Below are positions 56,022 through 64,000 of a DNA stretch of 64,000 bases, piece by piece. The notes beneath the pieces were generated by a model. The model saw only the letters and a program-made list of their open reading frames with translations. It did not search any database and was not told where the DNA came from. The number at the start of each line of letters is the position of its first letter. Positions within the stretch are counted from its first letter, which is position 1. The translations under genes and the position numbers were made by a program. This DNA is from an uncultured Acidobacteriota bacterium (lineage in GTDB: Bacteria; Acidobacteriota; Blastocatellia; Pyrinomonadales; Pyrinomonadaceae). The stretch is taken from contig CAVRHB010000007.1 of the NCBI GenBank assembly GCA_963720905.1, forward strand, positions 608,698 through 672,697, given 5' to 3'.

Positions 56022-56981
56022 TTAGGAAAGTGATTCCTTAAAAAAGTCTATTATCCGCTGGTCGTATGCGGCTGAAATATCGATCGAAGAATTAACGATG
56101 CCAATTCCCGAAGGACTTAGATCGGTTTTGACCGTCACAGACGAATCCGGAGCAAAGCACTTCGCAGCTTTCGAGGTCGAATCTTGAAAATCGGGAGCAT
56201 CAATTCCGGCGAGCAGCAGCACCTTTCGGCCCGATATCTTTCTTGCCGAATCACACGCCGAATCCTTTGAATAGCATCCGTCAAAAAAGTATCCGTATGC
56301 GCCAAGCTGAGCCAGCTTGGCAGTGATCGAACTCGCGAATGGGAATCGCTGAGCTACGGCCGAGGCCGCAACACTATCGGAACTTTGAGGAAGCGAATCT
56401 AGAGCGAGAGCTTTGATATCCGGATTCTGAGCCGCCGCTTTCAATCCGGCGATCGCACCCATCTCGACTCCATAAATACCGATCTTTCCGTTTACGATAG
56501 TTGCGGAATCGGCCGCTTTTAGCCCTTTCAAAAATGCGATCGCCGCCGCTGTGTCACCTGCCTCACAGCCGCCGAAAGAACATGTAGCCGTCGTGGGCGA
56601 GCTTCCATGGCCGCGTTGATCCGGCATCAAAACTGTATAATTCGTCGCTTCATTTAATTTTACACCGAGATTCAGCAAGTACGACCGGTTCGTTCCATAG
56701 CGATGCAAAAGGATGACAGCCGGTGCGTTTTTGTCGCCGCGTAAAAGCCAACCGCCTGCTGTTGTTCCGTCTTGGTTTTGCCACGTTTCATCCGTAACTT
56801 GCGATGCTCGGGCGCTCAGCCATCCGTATTTTTCAGGCGTAACGATATAGGGTGTTGTCGGCGGATGTGAAAGCTCTTGAATAAGCCAAACCGATGAAGC
56901 GCTGACTGCAAGTAAGATCAATAGCGCAACTGGAAATAATAACCGGTAGAACCCTTTTATAAGTCGTGTCGTTTTTGCCAT
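56022..56981 (-). CDS. Alpha/beta-hydrolase-fold protein, membrane anchored. The nucleophile elbow is atypical.
   Basis: The N-terminal transmembrane helix is FYRLLFPVALLILLAVSASSVWLI. Contains VILLHRYGTNRSY...LMPDQRGHGSS. The elbow reads GIYGVEMGAIAG (GxExG instead of GxSxG). Confidence 0.6.
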   Translation of the reverse strand: MAKTTRLIKGFYRLLFPVALLILLAVSASSVWLIQELSHPPTTPYIVTPEKYGWLSARASQVTDETWQNQDGTTAGGWLLRGDKNAPAVILLHRYGTNRSYLLNLGVKLNEATNYTVLMPDQRGHGSSPTTATCSFGGCEAGDTAAAIAFLKGLKAADSATIVNGKIGIYGVEMGAIAGLKAAAQNPDIKALALDSLPQSSDSVAASAVAQRFPFASSITAKLAQLGAYGYFFDGCYSKDSACDSARKISGRKVLLLAGIDAPDFQDSTSKAAKCFAPDSSVTVKTDLSPSGIGIVNSSIDISAAYDQRIIDFFKESLS

Positions 56982-57120
56982 AGTAAGATGCGGCTGCCGA
57001 AACGCTGCAACCGTTAAGCGAAGAATTGAATCGTAAAATGAAGCTAATAGGAAAAAAGCTTCGGAAATGCCACTTCAAATGTTACCATAAAAGCCTCATA
57101 CAAAGGAAGAAGTTTTTACA

Positions 57121-58992
57121 ATGATAAACACTCGCAAACTCTCAATTTTTCTGACGATCGGCCTTTTTTGCTCTCTTTCATTCGCTCAAAATATTGCTTT
57201 GAATACCACATCTTCTGAGCGGTCAGCAGCAGCTAATCAAAACTTTCTGCCCTTAGTTCAGGTCAAAGAAGGTATGCGCGGAACCGCTCGGACAGTTTTT
57301 CGCGGTACGGAGCCCGAAGAGTTTTCAGTCGAAATACTTGGCATAGTTCCGGGAGCGATCGGACCAAAGCAAGATATGATCGTCGGCAAAATAAGCGGCG
57401 GACAAGCCGATCGTACCGCAGTTTTTGCGGGAATGTCGGGTTCACCGGTTTATATAGACGGCAAGCTGATCGGTGCAATTTCATATAGTTTTCCATTTGC
57501 AAAAGAAGCGATCTGCGGCATTACACCGATAGAACAAATGATCGCTATATTCGAAAAAAATCAGCCCGACACAAAAACGGTTCGCGAAATTCGTAGCGTT
57601 TCATTTGCCGAACTTGCGAGCGTTGATTGGAACACGACCGCTCCCAATTCAACTCGCTCCGGCGTTATCAGCGGCATGCAGCCGAATTCTCCGCTGATGA
57701 GTGTTGCCGGGCAAACCTTTCAGCGGATCGCAACGCCGGTTTCATTCACAGGTATCTCGCAGCAAACTCTTGACGTATTCGCACCGCAGCTCATACAAGC
57801 CGGGCTTTTGCCGATCGCTTCGGTTGGCGGTTCGGCGGCGATCTCGCCGATGAAAAAAGCGAATGACGACACGTTAAAAGGCGGTGCGTCTGTTTCGATG
57901 CAATTGTCCCGCGGCGATTACAGCCTTGCCGCTGCCGGAACCGTGACATATCGTGACGGCGATAAAATATATGCATTTGGCCATCCATTTTTAAGCCTCG
58001 GAATGTCCGATCTGCCGATGTCCGAATCGCATGTCGTGACCGTTATTCCGAACGTCAACAATTCATTCAAGCTCGCGGTTCCTGATGCGATGGTCGGCAC
58101 GATGACTCAGGATCGTGCGACCGGAGTTTTCGGTAAACTCGGCCAGGCTCCGAAGATGATACCTGTCAAGATCGAGCTCGACACGAGCCTTGGCAAGAAG
58201 GAAACGGTTAATTTGGAGGTAGTTCGTGATAATTTCCTCACACCTATGCTCCTTAATATGTCGATCTACAACACCGGAGTTGCACAGGAACGGACGGTGG
58301 GTGATACAACGGTTCGTGTTGTTGCCGATGTTGAGATCGAAGGCACTAAACCGCTTCATATCGATCGTAGGTTTACCGGCGGGCAATCGACTCAGTTCGC
58401 GTCCGCAGCCGTCGCGATGCCATTCGTTACACTTTTCCGCAGCGGATTTGAGGACCTGAAGATCAAGAGCGTAAACGTCAAGCTCTATACCGAAGACGGC
58501 AGCAAAACCGCGGTGCTTGACCGGATGTCCATCGACAAAGCCGAAGCAAAAGCAGGCGATACGGTTGAGGTTCAGGCCTTTGCTAGGACTAATACCGGAC
58601 GCGTCGTTGTTCAAAAGATACCGCTGACGATCCCGGCTGATACGCCCGAAGGCCCTATGTCGATCGTGTTGGCCGATGGGACAACGATGCAGAAAAACTC
58701 GTCCAGTCAATATTTTGTTCCGGCAACTTTGTCGGAACTGATCTCCACGATGAACGATATCAAGCGGCCCGATCTGCTCTATATTAAATTGATGCGGACC
58801 TCCAAAGGAGCGATCATCGGATCCAGCGAGATGCCAAATCTGCCGCCTTCGATGTTGGCGACACTGAATAACGAACGGACCACCGGCGGAATTAAACCTG
58901 CTGTTCAAACTGTCGTTTCCGAAAATGAGATAGCACCGTCGGAGTTTTTGATCAGCGGAGAACAGACGCTGACGATCAATATTGTTCGCTAA
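57121..58992 (+). CDS. Secreted SpoIVB-like peptidase S55 domain protein.
   Basis: The signal peptide is MINTRKLSIFLTIGLFCSLSFAQ. Contains AVFAGMSGSPVYIDGKLIGAISYSF and GDKIYAFGHPF. Confidence 0.6.
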   Translation: MINTRKLSIFLTIGLFCSLSFAQNIALNTTSSERSAAANQNFLPLVQVKEGMRGTARTVFRGTEPEEFSVEILGIVPGAIGPKQDMIVGKISGGQADRTAVFAGMSGSPVYIDGKLIGAISYSFPFAKEAICGITPIEQMIAIFEKNQPDTKTVREIRSVSFAELASVDWNTTAPNSTRSGVISGMQPNSPLMSVAGQTFQRIATPVSFTGISQQTLDVFAPQLIQAGLLPIASVGGSAAISPMKKANDDTLKGGASVSMQLSRGDYSLAAAGTVTYRDGDKIYAFGHPFLSLGMSDLPMSESHVVTVIPNVNNSFKLAVPDAMVGTMTQDRATGVFGKLGQAPKMIPVKIELDTSLGKKETVNLEVVRDNFLTPMLLNMSIYNTGVAQERTVGDTTVRVVADVEIEGTKPLHIDRRFTGGQSTQFASAAVAMPFVTLFRSGFEDLKIKSVNVKLYTEDGSKTAVLDRMSIDKAEAKAGDTVEVQAFARTNTGRVVVQKIPLTIPADTPEGPMSIVLADGTTMQKNSSSQYFVPATLSELISTMNDIKRPDLLYIKLMRTSKGAIIGSSEMPNLPPSMLATLNNERTTGGIKPAVQTVVSENEIAPSEFLISGEQTLTINIVR

Positions 58993-59423
58993 GCGGCGGG
59001 TTGGCCGACCCATTCTTCGCCGCCGTCTGAGTACACCTCCTTTTTCCAGATCGGAACTGTTCGTTTCAGTTCCTTTATCAGCCATTCGCACGCCTCGAAG
59101 GCGGCTTTTCTGTGCGGTGCGGCGACCGAAATAACTACACTTGTTTCGCCGATCTCCAATTTGCCGATGCGATGGACGATGCCGACATTCGCGACCTCAA
59201 ATTCCCTTTTGGCCTGCTCGATCAACTTCTCCATTTCCTTTAATGCCATCGGCTCATAGGCTTCGTAAACCAAATACTGAGTTTCGCGGCCCTTTGTAAA
59301 TTGGCGAACATAACCATCAAGCGTCACCGTCGCTCCGCATTCCGGCGGCACAACACGCCTAGCGACACTCGTTATATCGATCGGTTCAGTTGTGATCTCA
59401 AAGAAATCCATGAAAAATAGCAA
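58989..59423 (-). CDS. moaE: Molybdopterin synthase catalytic subunit.
   Basis: Contains CGATVTLDGYVRQFTKGRETQYLVYEAYEPMA...GIVHRIGKLEIGETSVVISVAAPHRKAAFEACEWLIKELKRTVPIWKKE. Confidence 0.85.
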   Translation of the reverse strand: MLFFMDFFEITTEPIDITSVARRVVPPECGATVTLDGYVRQFTKGRETQYLVYEAYEPMALKEMEKLIEQAKREFEVANVGIVHRIGKLEIGETSVVISVAAPHRKAAFEACEWLIKELKRTVPIWKKEVYSDGGEEWVGQPAA

Positions 59424-59433
59424 GTGTTATGAT

Positions 59434-59970
59434 CTAAGCCTTTGGTTTTTCTATCTCCGATCTTAGATCAGAAGGTAAACCTTGCCAGAGGTCCGGATGG
59501 GATTCGACGAGGCGTGCTATATCAGCAAGATCTTTAATGCGTTTACTTTGCCGTCGTTTCGGGTCACTCCAGGCTCTAATTTTTCCCGTCATTGTATCCT
59601 CAAGGGACGCAACACGCATCAAAATTCCATGAACATCCGCGGCTATACCTCGCGAAGCGAAATCACGATACATATCTTCGGTTGTGAGCTGTATTGCTAC
59701 TTTGGACTTTCCCTTGAAATTGATCGACCACTCAAATGTTTCCGGAACAAAGCCAACCTCTTCCAGAGCCGACACGGCTTTTTCGATCGAATCTGCCGCG
59801 ACAACAAAATCTACATCTTGTGTAACCATTTGCTCCGCCGCCCAATGGTTTACCGCAACACCGCCGATCGCACACCACAAAATATCGGCCCGCTCCAGCG
59901 CATTTATAAAACGCATAACATCATCGGTACCGCCGTGTGTTTGCCAGTCGTAGAATTGTTTCTCTGTCAT
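59434..59970 (-). CDS. Nucleotidyltransferase-fold protein (pol-beta superfamily), inserted between moaD and moaE.
   Basis: 178 aa. Contains WCAIGGVAVNHW...QDVDFVV (a G[GS]-x-DxD-like NTase core) and a C-terminal RIKDLADIARLV helix. Confidence 0.55.
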   Translation of the reverse strand: MTEKQFYDWQTHGGTDDVMRFINALERADILWCAIGGVAVNHWAAEQMVTQDVDFVVAADSIEKAVSALEEVGFVPETFEWSINFKGKSKVAIQLTTEDMYRDFASRGIAADVHGILMRVASLEDTMTGKIRAWSDPKRRQSKRIKDLADIARLVESHPDLWQGLPSDLRSEIEKPKA

Positions 59971-60033
59971 AATTTTCTAAGCAAAATATTAAATCATAAT
60001 CCCTGAGGCATGGAGATCCATTCACAAATGGTC

Positions 60034-60274
60034 TCAGCCTCCCGACACGGCAGTAAAGACCGCTACTTCGTCGCCGTTATTCAACATCGTCTCTGCGTCC
60101 GCATATTTTTCGTTGACGGCTATTAGCAGCCGCAACGACGAAAGAGCCGGATATTCTCCTCGCAATTTGTCAGTAAGCGATGCAGCGGAAAAGTGCTCGT
60201 CTATCACAAGACTAATTTCGCCGGAACCGACAATGTCCGCAGGTGAATCCAAAAAAAAGCACTTTTACTTTCAT
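60034..60274 (-). pseudogene. moaD: MoaD-family sulfur-carrier protein. The frame is interrupted in the A8 run 60251-60258 as sequenced.
   Basis: The ATG at 60274 gives MKVKVLFF. The listed frame then resumes LDSPADIVGSGEISLVIDE...LIAVNEKYADAETMLNNGDEVAVFTAVSGG, which has a C-terminal GG. Confidence 0.7.
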
Positions 60275-60298
60275 ATTAAAACTTTGGCCGCGGCGATT

Positions 60299-61072
60299 CT
60301 ACTTTATCGCCCCCGCGATCGGGCTTGATGCTGATGCGTATAGGCGTTTGGGCATACGTCCGGCGAGGTATGCGAGGCGTCCGGCGCGGACGGCGTAGTT
60401 CATCGCTTCGGCCATTTGTGCGGCGTTGGGCGATTCGGCGATGGCGGTGTTCATCAGGATCGCGTCGGCGCCGAGTTCCATCGCTATCGCGGCATCCGAA
60501 GGCACGCCGACTCCGGCATCGACAATAATAACGGCATCCGGAAGCTGCTCGCGGATTATGCGGATGTTCGACGGATTTTGGATTCCCATACCCGAACCGA
60601 TCGGCGCGGCCAATGGCATCACGGCGGCGCAACCGGCATCCAGAAGCTTTTTCGCCATGATGAGATCGTCCGAAAAATATGGCAGCACGACAAAGCCTTC
60701 TTTTACCAAGACTTTTGCGGCTTCGAGCGTTTGCTCGTTATCCGGCAAAAGCGTGACAGGATCGCCGATGACCTCGAGCTTTATCCATTCCGTTTCCAAA
60801 GCTTCGCGGGCGAGCCGTGCGGTTCTGATCGCGTGGTCGGCGTCATAGCAGCCGGCCGTATTCGGCAGGATCTTCATTTCCGGATCGAGGTGATCGAGGA
60901 AAGATTCCGTCGCACGATCAAGCGGCACGCGGTTTACCGCAACCGTCACCATCTCCGCACCCGAAGCCGTATGCGCCGCCTTCATCTCTTCATTCGAACG
61001 ATATTTTCCGGTCCCGATTATCAACCGCGAACCAAAACTCTTGCCGTGTAGTGTAAATATGTCTGTGATCAT
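60299..61072 (-). CDS. thiG: Thiazole synthase.
   Basis: The start is [24 protein letters not shown]. Contains VTVAVNRV...ILPNTAGC...IKLEVIGD...VLPY...[12 protein letters not shown]...IVDAGVG. Confidence 0.9.
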   Translation of the reverse strand: MITDIFTLHGKSFGSRLIIGTGKYRSNEEMKAAHTASGAEMVTVAVNRVPLDRATESFLDHLDPEMKILPNTAGCYDADHAIRTARLAREALETEWIKLEVIGDPVTLLPDNEQTLEAAKVLVKEGFVVLPYFSDDLIMAKKLLDAGCAAVMPLAAPIGSGMGIQNPSNIRIIREQLPDAVIIVDAGVGVPSDAAIAMELGADAILMNTAIAESPNAAQMAEAMNYAVRAGRLAYLAGRMPKRLYASASSPIAGAIK

Positions 61073-61159
61073 TTGTTTAATTTTCACGCAAACCGCGCTA
61101 TAAAGCAACGGAAGAGCAAGCGATAGGAAACCGGCTTCTTGGATCTGTTCGCATTTAGT

Positions 61160-61215
61160 GTTTGTTCAAGGTTTGTCCATGGCTTGTCCAAAGCTTGTTC
61201 AGGGTCTGTTCAGAG
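61160..61215 (+). repeat. Five direct repeats at an exact 11-bp period (iteron-like or winged-helix-regulator-like array).
   Basis: TGTYCA cores start at 61163, 61174, 61185, 61196 and 61207. The units are gtTTGTTCAag, gtTTGTCCAtg, gcTTGTCCAaa, gcTTGTTCAgg and gtCTGTTCAga. Confidence 0.85.
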
Positions 61216-61297
61216 GTTTTGTGAACGCGTAAGTTATTGGTAACACTGAGTATAGGAGTTTGTCTTCGATCTTTTTGGTTTGTTTTAAAATAAAGTG

Positions 61298-61325
61298 TTG
61301 ACATTTCTTTCATTTCATCTATAAT
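61298..61325 (+). promoter_or_regulatory. Consensus sigma-70-type promoter upstream of the RepA-like ATPase gene.
   Basis: TTGACA (61298-61303), a 16-nt spacer, then TATAAT (61320-61325). The ATG is at 61356. Confidence 0.6.
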
Positions 61326-61355
61326 ACATTGTGTCATACAACGTATGGCTGAATT

Positions 61356-62678
61356 ATGTCAACGAATGTTACAGAAGTCAAGAAAATAGATGCGGCCGTT
61401 TGGCGGGCGAAAGATCGTATTGCGGAGCTAAAGGCAGCGAAACCGGCGGACAGGCTGTTCGATGAATTTTGGCGCGAAGGCGAGCTTGCGTTGTTTTTCG
61501 GCCCGACCGGAAAAGGCAAAAGCGTTTTGGCCGTACAGATCGCAGATGCTCTCGCACGCGGAACGGCGATGCACGGATTTGCGATGCCAAAGCGTCGTAA
61601 AAAGGTTCTGTATGTCGATCTGGCACATTCGGACGCTCAATTTCTGGAGCGATACAGAAAGTATAAATTTGCTCACGAACTTTTTCGCGGCCAGCCGGAC
61701 GAAGACGTCGATCTTTTCGAATGGATCAAAGCGGTTGTCGAAACGAATGATATTGAGGTCGTCATCGTGGACGACCTTGCGGCGGTAAAGCAGACGAACG
61801 AAGGCGTCCGCGAAACTCTTTTGCTTATGCGGAATTTAAAACGATTGTGCCGCAGCCGGGGACTTTCTGTGCTTGCTATCTCCGATGCATCCGAGCCAAA
61901 GAACAAACGCGAAAGCGAGAAGGATCTGAATACATCGAAGGTTCTGTGCCGTGTCGCCGATAGTGTTTTTTCGATCGGAAGCGCGTCCTATCAGGGCGAC
62001 CGGCGGCGGATCGCTCAGACGAAATCACGCAGCGGCAAACTTTTCTGGGATCTGGATAATTCTCCGAAAGGCGATGTTAAAAGATTCGATTCGGGCCTGC
62101 TCGGGTTCGAATTCGACGAACGTTTTGCGGCAAAGCCGGACAAGGAAAAATGCCGTTTGATCAATGATATTCATTGGCGGCACGAAGACGGACAAACATT
62201 TCGGGCGATCGCAAAAGAGCTCGGCATGCCGACATCGACTTTGTTCTGTCTCTCCAAAAAATGGACGCCGGCAATGGGCGGCAAACCAGAACCGCCAAAG
62301 ATAACCTATGAACCGCCGTTCTACGACGACCCCGAACCGCAGTATTCCGAAGAGTCCAGTATCTGGCTTGACATCGAGCGCGAACAAGCCGAACGCCGGG
62401 CCAACGGCGGCGAAGATGTCGTTGCGGTCGAGGAGGCCGAGCCTGATACACGCCCGCCAAAGCCGAGTTCGATCTATGACCTCGAGCTGGATTTCGACAG
62501 TTACGCCGGCAAGATATACGTCGAATCGCGCGACGAATTTTCCCGCAAACCGACCGTCTGGTACAAACCCGCAGATTCGGGCCCGATAACCAAATGCACC
62601 CGCAAACACGGCTACATAAACGTCGAAGTCTTCAAAACCGATCCAATAACAGAGACATTCGCCAGAGCCGGCCCGTGA
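61356..62678 (+). CDS. RepA/AAA_25-like RecA-fold ATPase with an internal HTH and a C-terminal region of unknown function.
   Basis: Walker A is LALFFGPTGKGKSVLAVQIADALARG. Contains VLYVDLAHSD. Walker B is VVIVDDLAAV. Contains SVLAISDA. The HTH-like stretch is DGQTFRAIAKELGMPTSTLFCLSKKW. A Pro/Glu-rich linker is present. Confidence 0.65.
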   Translation: MSTNVTEVKKIDAAVWRAKDRIAELKAAKPADRLFDEFWREGELALFFGPTGKGKSVLAVQIADALARGTAMHGFAMPKRRKKVLYVDLAHSDAQFLERYRKYKFAHELFRGQPDEDVDLFEWIKAVVETNDIEVVIVDDLAAVKQTNEGVRETLLLMRNLKRLCRSRGLSVLAISDASEPKNKRESEKDLNTSKVLCRVADSVFSIGSASYQGDRRRIAQTKSRSGKLFWDLDNSPKGDVKRFDSGLLGFEFDERFAAKPDKEKCRLINDIHWRHEDGQTFRAIAKELGMPTSTLFCLSKKWTPAMGGKPEPPKITYEPPFYDDPEPQYSEESSIWLDIEREQAERRANGGEDVVAVEEAEPDTRPPKPSSIYDLELDFDSYAGKIYVESRDEFSRKPTVWYKPADSGPITKCTRKHGYINVEVFKTDPITETFARAGP

Positions 62679-62780
62679 TATTATAGGGTTTTCGTTTGAA
62701 AATTTGCCCGACAACCTGCCTTGGCGGTGGATCAGGTTCAGGCGTGCAAAAAAATATCGGATATGGAATAAAGGCGAGTT

Positions 62781-63302
62781 ATGTTATTTGAAAGTTTTCA
62801 AGATCTACTGCGAATTTTAGTCAGCGCGATCATCTCTTATGCCGTTATTATTGTGTGGCTGCGCGTAGCCGGTAAACGCACTCTCTCCAAATGGAACGCA
62901 TTTGATTATATAGTGACCATTGCTCTCGGCTCCATTCTAGCCTCAATGATACTGTCAAAAGACGTAAAAATGGCCGATGGCATTTTGGCATTCTCTCTGC
63001 TGATGCTTTTTCAATTCAGTATCACATTTCTGAGCTCACGATTTTCAGTGTTCGATAAGATCATAAAAGCCGAACCAAAGTTTCTGTATTGTGACAACCG
63101 TTTTCTGGAACAAAATATGAAAGCCGAACGGGTGCCAAAGCCAGAGATCTTGGCAGCGATCCGTTCCGCAGGCATCTCCGCTTTGGACGATGTTAGAGCC
63201 GTTATTTTGGAAACCGATGGCAGTTTTAGCGTAGTAAAAAAATCAGACGATAGATCGGATTCTGCACTTTCGGATGTCCAAGGCAGGGAAAACTTTAATT
63301 GA
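62781..63302 (+). CDS. DUF421 (YetF-like) membrane protein.
   Basis: Contains LLRILVSAIISYAVIIVWLRVAGKRTLSKWNAFDYIVTIALGSILASMIL and a soluble C-terminal domain. Confidence 0.7.
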   Translation: MLFESFQDLLRILVSAIISYAVIIVWLRVAGKRTLSKWNAFDYIVTIALGSILASMILSKDVKMADGILAFSLLMLFQFSITFLSSRFSVFDKIIKAEPKFLYCDNRFLEQNMKAERVPKPEILAAIRSAGISALDDVRAVILETDGSFSVVKKSDDRSDSALSDVQGRENFN

Positions 63303-63435
63303 AAAATTAAAGTAATGGAGCAAACAGAATGTTTTCAGTATTCTATATTGTATCGTTTTTCCATCGTTGATCAGAAACGGCTATCTGCACGCCTCTGTGG
63401 TATATTGAAAAAACCGTTAAGATCTTTATTTGGCG

Positions 63436-64000
63436 ATGACAAAAGACGATCCTCAACTCCAGATCGATGTTCTTCAGAGCATCCCGGCGACGGCTTGGAC
63501 AGTTACGCCGGATGGGCAACTAGATTTTGTCAATCGTTTTTACCTCGAGATAATGGGGCAAACTCTTGCCGATTGCAGTGTTCCGTTGGAACAATGGAAT
63601 AAGAGCGGCAGCGAACTTCCGCCATTTCTCTCAAATCTTCATCCGGACCACAAAGAACGTATTCGCGAATTGTTCTGGCAAGGCGTCAGGAATGGTCAGG
63701 GTTGGACATTTGAAGCGCCGTTTCTGCACGTTTCCGATAACAGATACCATTGGCACATTGATAGAGCTGTGCCGCTTCGCGATAAAGAGAACAACATCAT
63801 CAGATTTGTGGGCACTTGTGCCGATATCGATGAACTGAAACGATCCGAGAATAAACACAAAGCACTTCTTGATATCAGTAATCTGATGGTAGGAAATCTG
63901 ATGGATCCGGAGTTGATCTCCTCGATCTATGAAGTTCTTGGCCGAGTGGTCAAACTAGATTCGGCCGGATTGGTTCTTTTTTCACCTGATAAAGATAGTT
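63436..64000 (+). CDS. PAS-domain sensor protein, N-terminal part (runs off the window end).
   Basis: The ATG at 63436 gives MTKDDPQLQIDVLQSIPATAWTVTPDGQLDFVNRFYLEIMG...RYHWHIDRAVPLRDKENNIIRFVGTCADIDELKRSE. A GAF-like start follows (LLDISNLMVGNL). Confidence 0.7.
   Translation, partial: MTKDDPQLQIDVLQSIPATAWTVTPDGQLDFVNRFYLEIMGQTLADCSVPLEQWNKSGSELPPFLSNLHPDHKERIRELFWQGVRNGQGWTFEAPFLHVSDNRYHWHIDRAVPLRDKENNIIRFVGTCADIDELKRSENKHKALLDISNLMVGNLMDPELISSIYEVLGRVVKLDSAGLVLFSPDKDS

Noticed and set aside
58063-59091. A 342-aa ORF on the minus strand, antisense to the S55 peptidase gene and overlapping moaE.
   Set aside because: The product is Arg-rich and low-complexity (RRRRRMGRPTRR...) with no recognisable motifs. 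The opposite strand encodes a protein with clear signal peptide and protease motifs. This is a typical shadow ORF in GC-balanced coding DNA.

Overview
This is a 64-kb chromosomal segment of roughly 50% GC. The protein architectures are consistent with an Acidobacteriota-type genome, which is an inference: a Ser/Thr kinase fused to PEGA and FGE-sulfatase domains, an egtB-egtD pair, acidobacterial-style pilins, and many zinc-ribbon membrane proteins.

I can support about 62 protein genes and 2 tRNAs (Val-CAC, Arg-CCT). I see no rRNA, CRISPR array, transposase, integrase or phage structural genes.

The content is mostly housekeeping:
- Thiamine: thiD, thiE, thiG and a ThiF/MoeB-like E1.
- Molybdopterin: moaD, moaE.
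- Other core genes: an aroD-aroE fusion, leuS, apt, ispH, birA, coaX, malQ, ndh, rlmB and an rqcH-like gene.
- Ergothioneine: egtB-egtD.

The most interesting observations, none of which is proven to be a novel system:
1. An array of five exactly 11-bp-phased direct repeats (TGTYCA) lies next to a textbook TTGACA-16-TATAAT promoter. That promoter drives an orphan RepA/AAA_25-like ATPase-HTH gene at 61.1-62.7 kb.
2. An SbcD/Mre11-type nuclease lacks SbcC and is translationally coupled to a stand-alone Lon-N (PUA-like) domain protein at 54.0-56.0 kb.
3. A kinase plus 2xFHA-ABC transporter module resembles mycobacterial PknF-Rv1747 at 24.5-29.5 kb.
4. A nucleotidyltransferase gene is inserted between moaD and moaE.
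5. A helicase gene lacks its RecA1 half and may be leaderless.
6. Tandem octamer repeats sit upstream of ispH.

A pervasive caveat: at least eleven conserved genes, including essential leuS, are split by single-nucleotide frame shifts. Many of these fall in homopolymers, so consensus indel error is the most likely cause.
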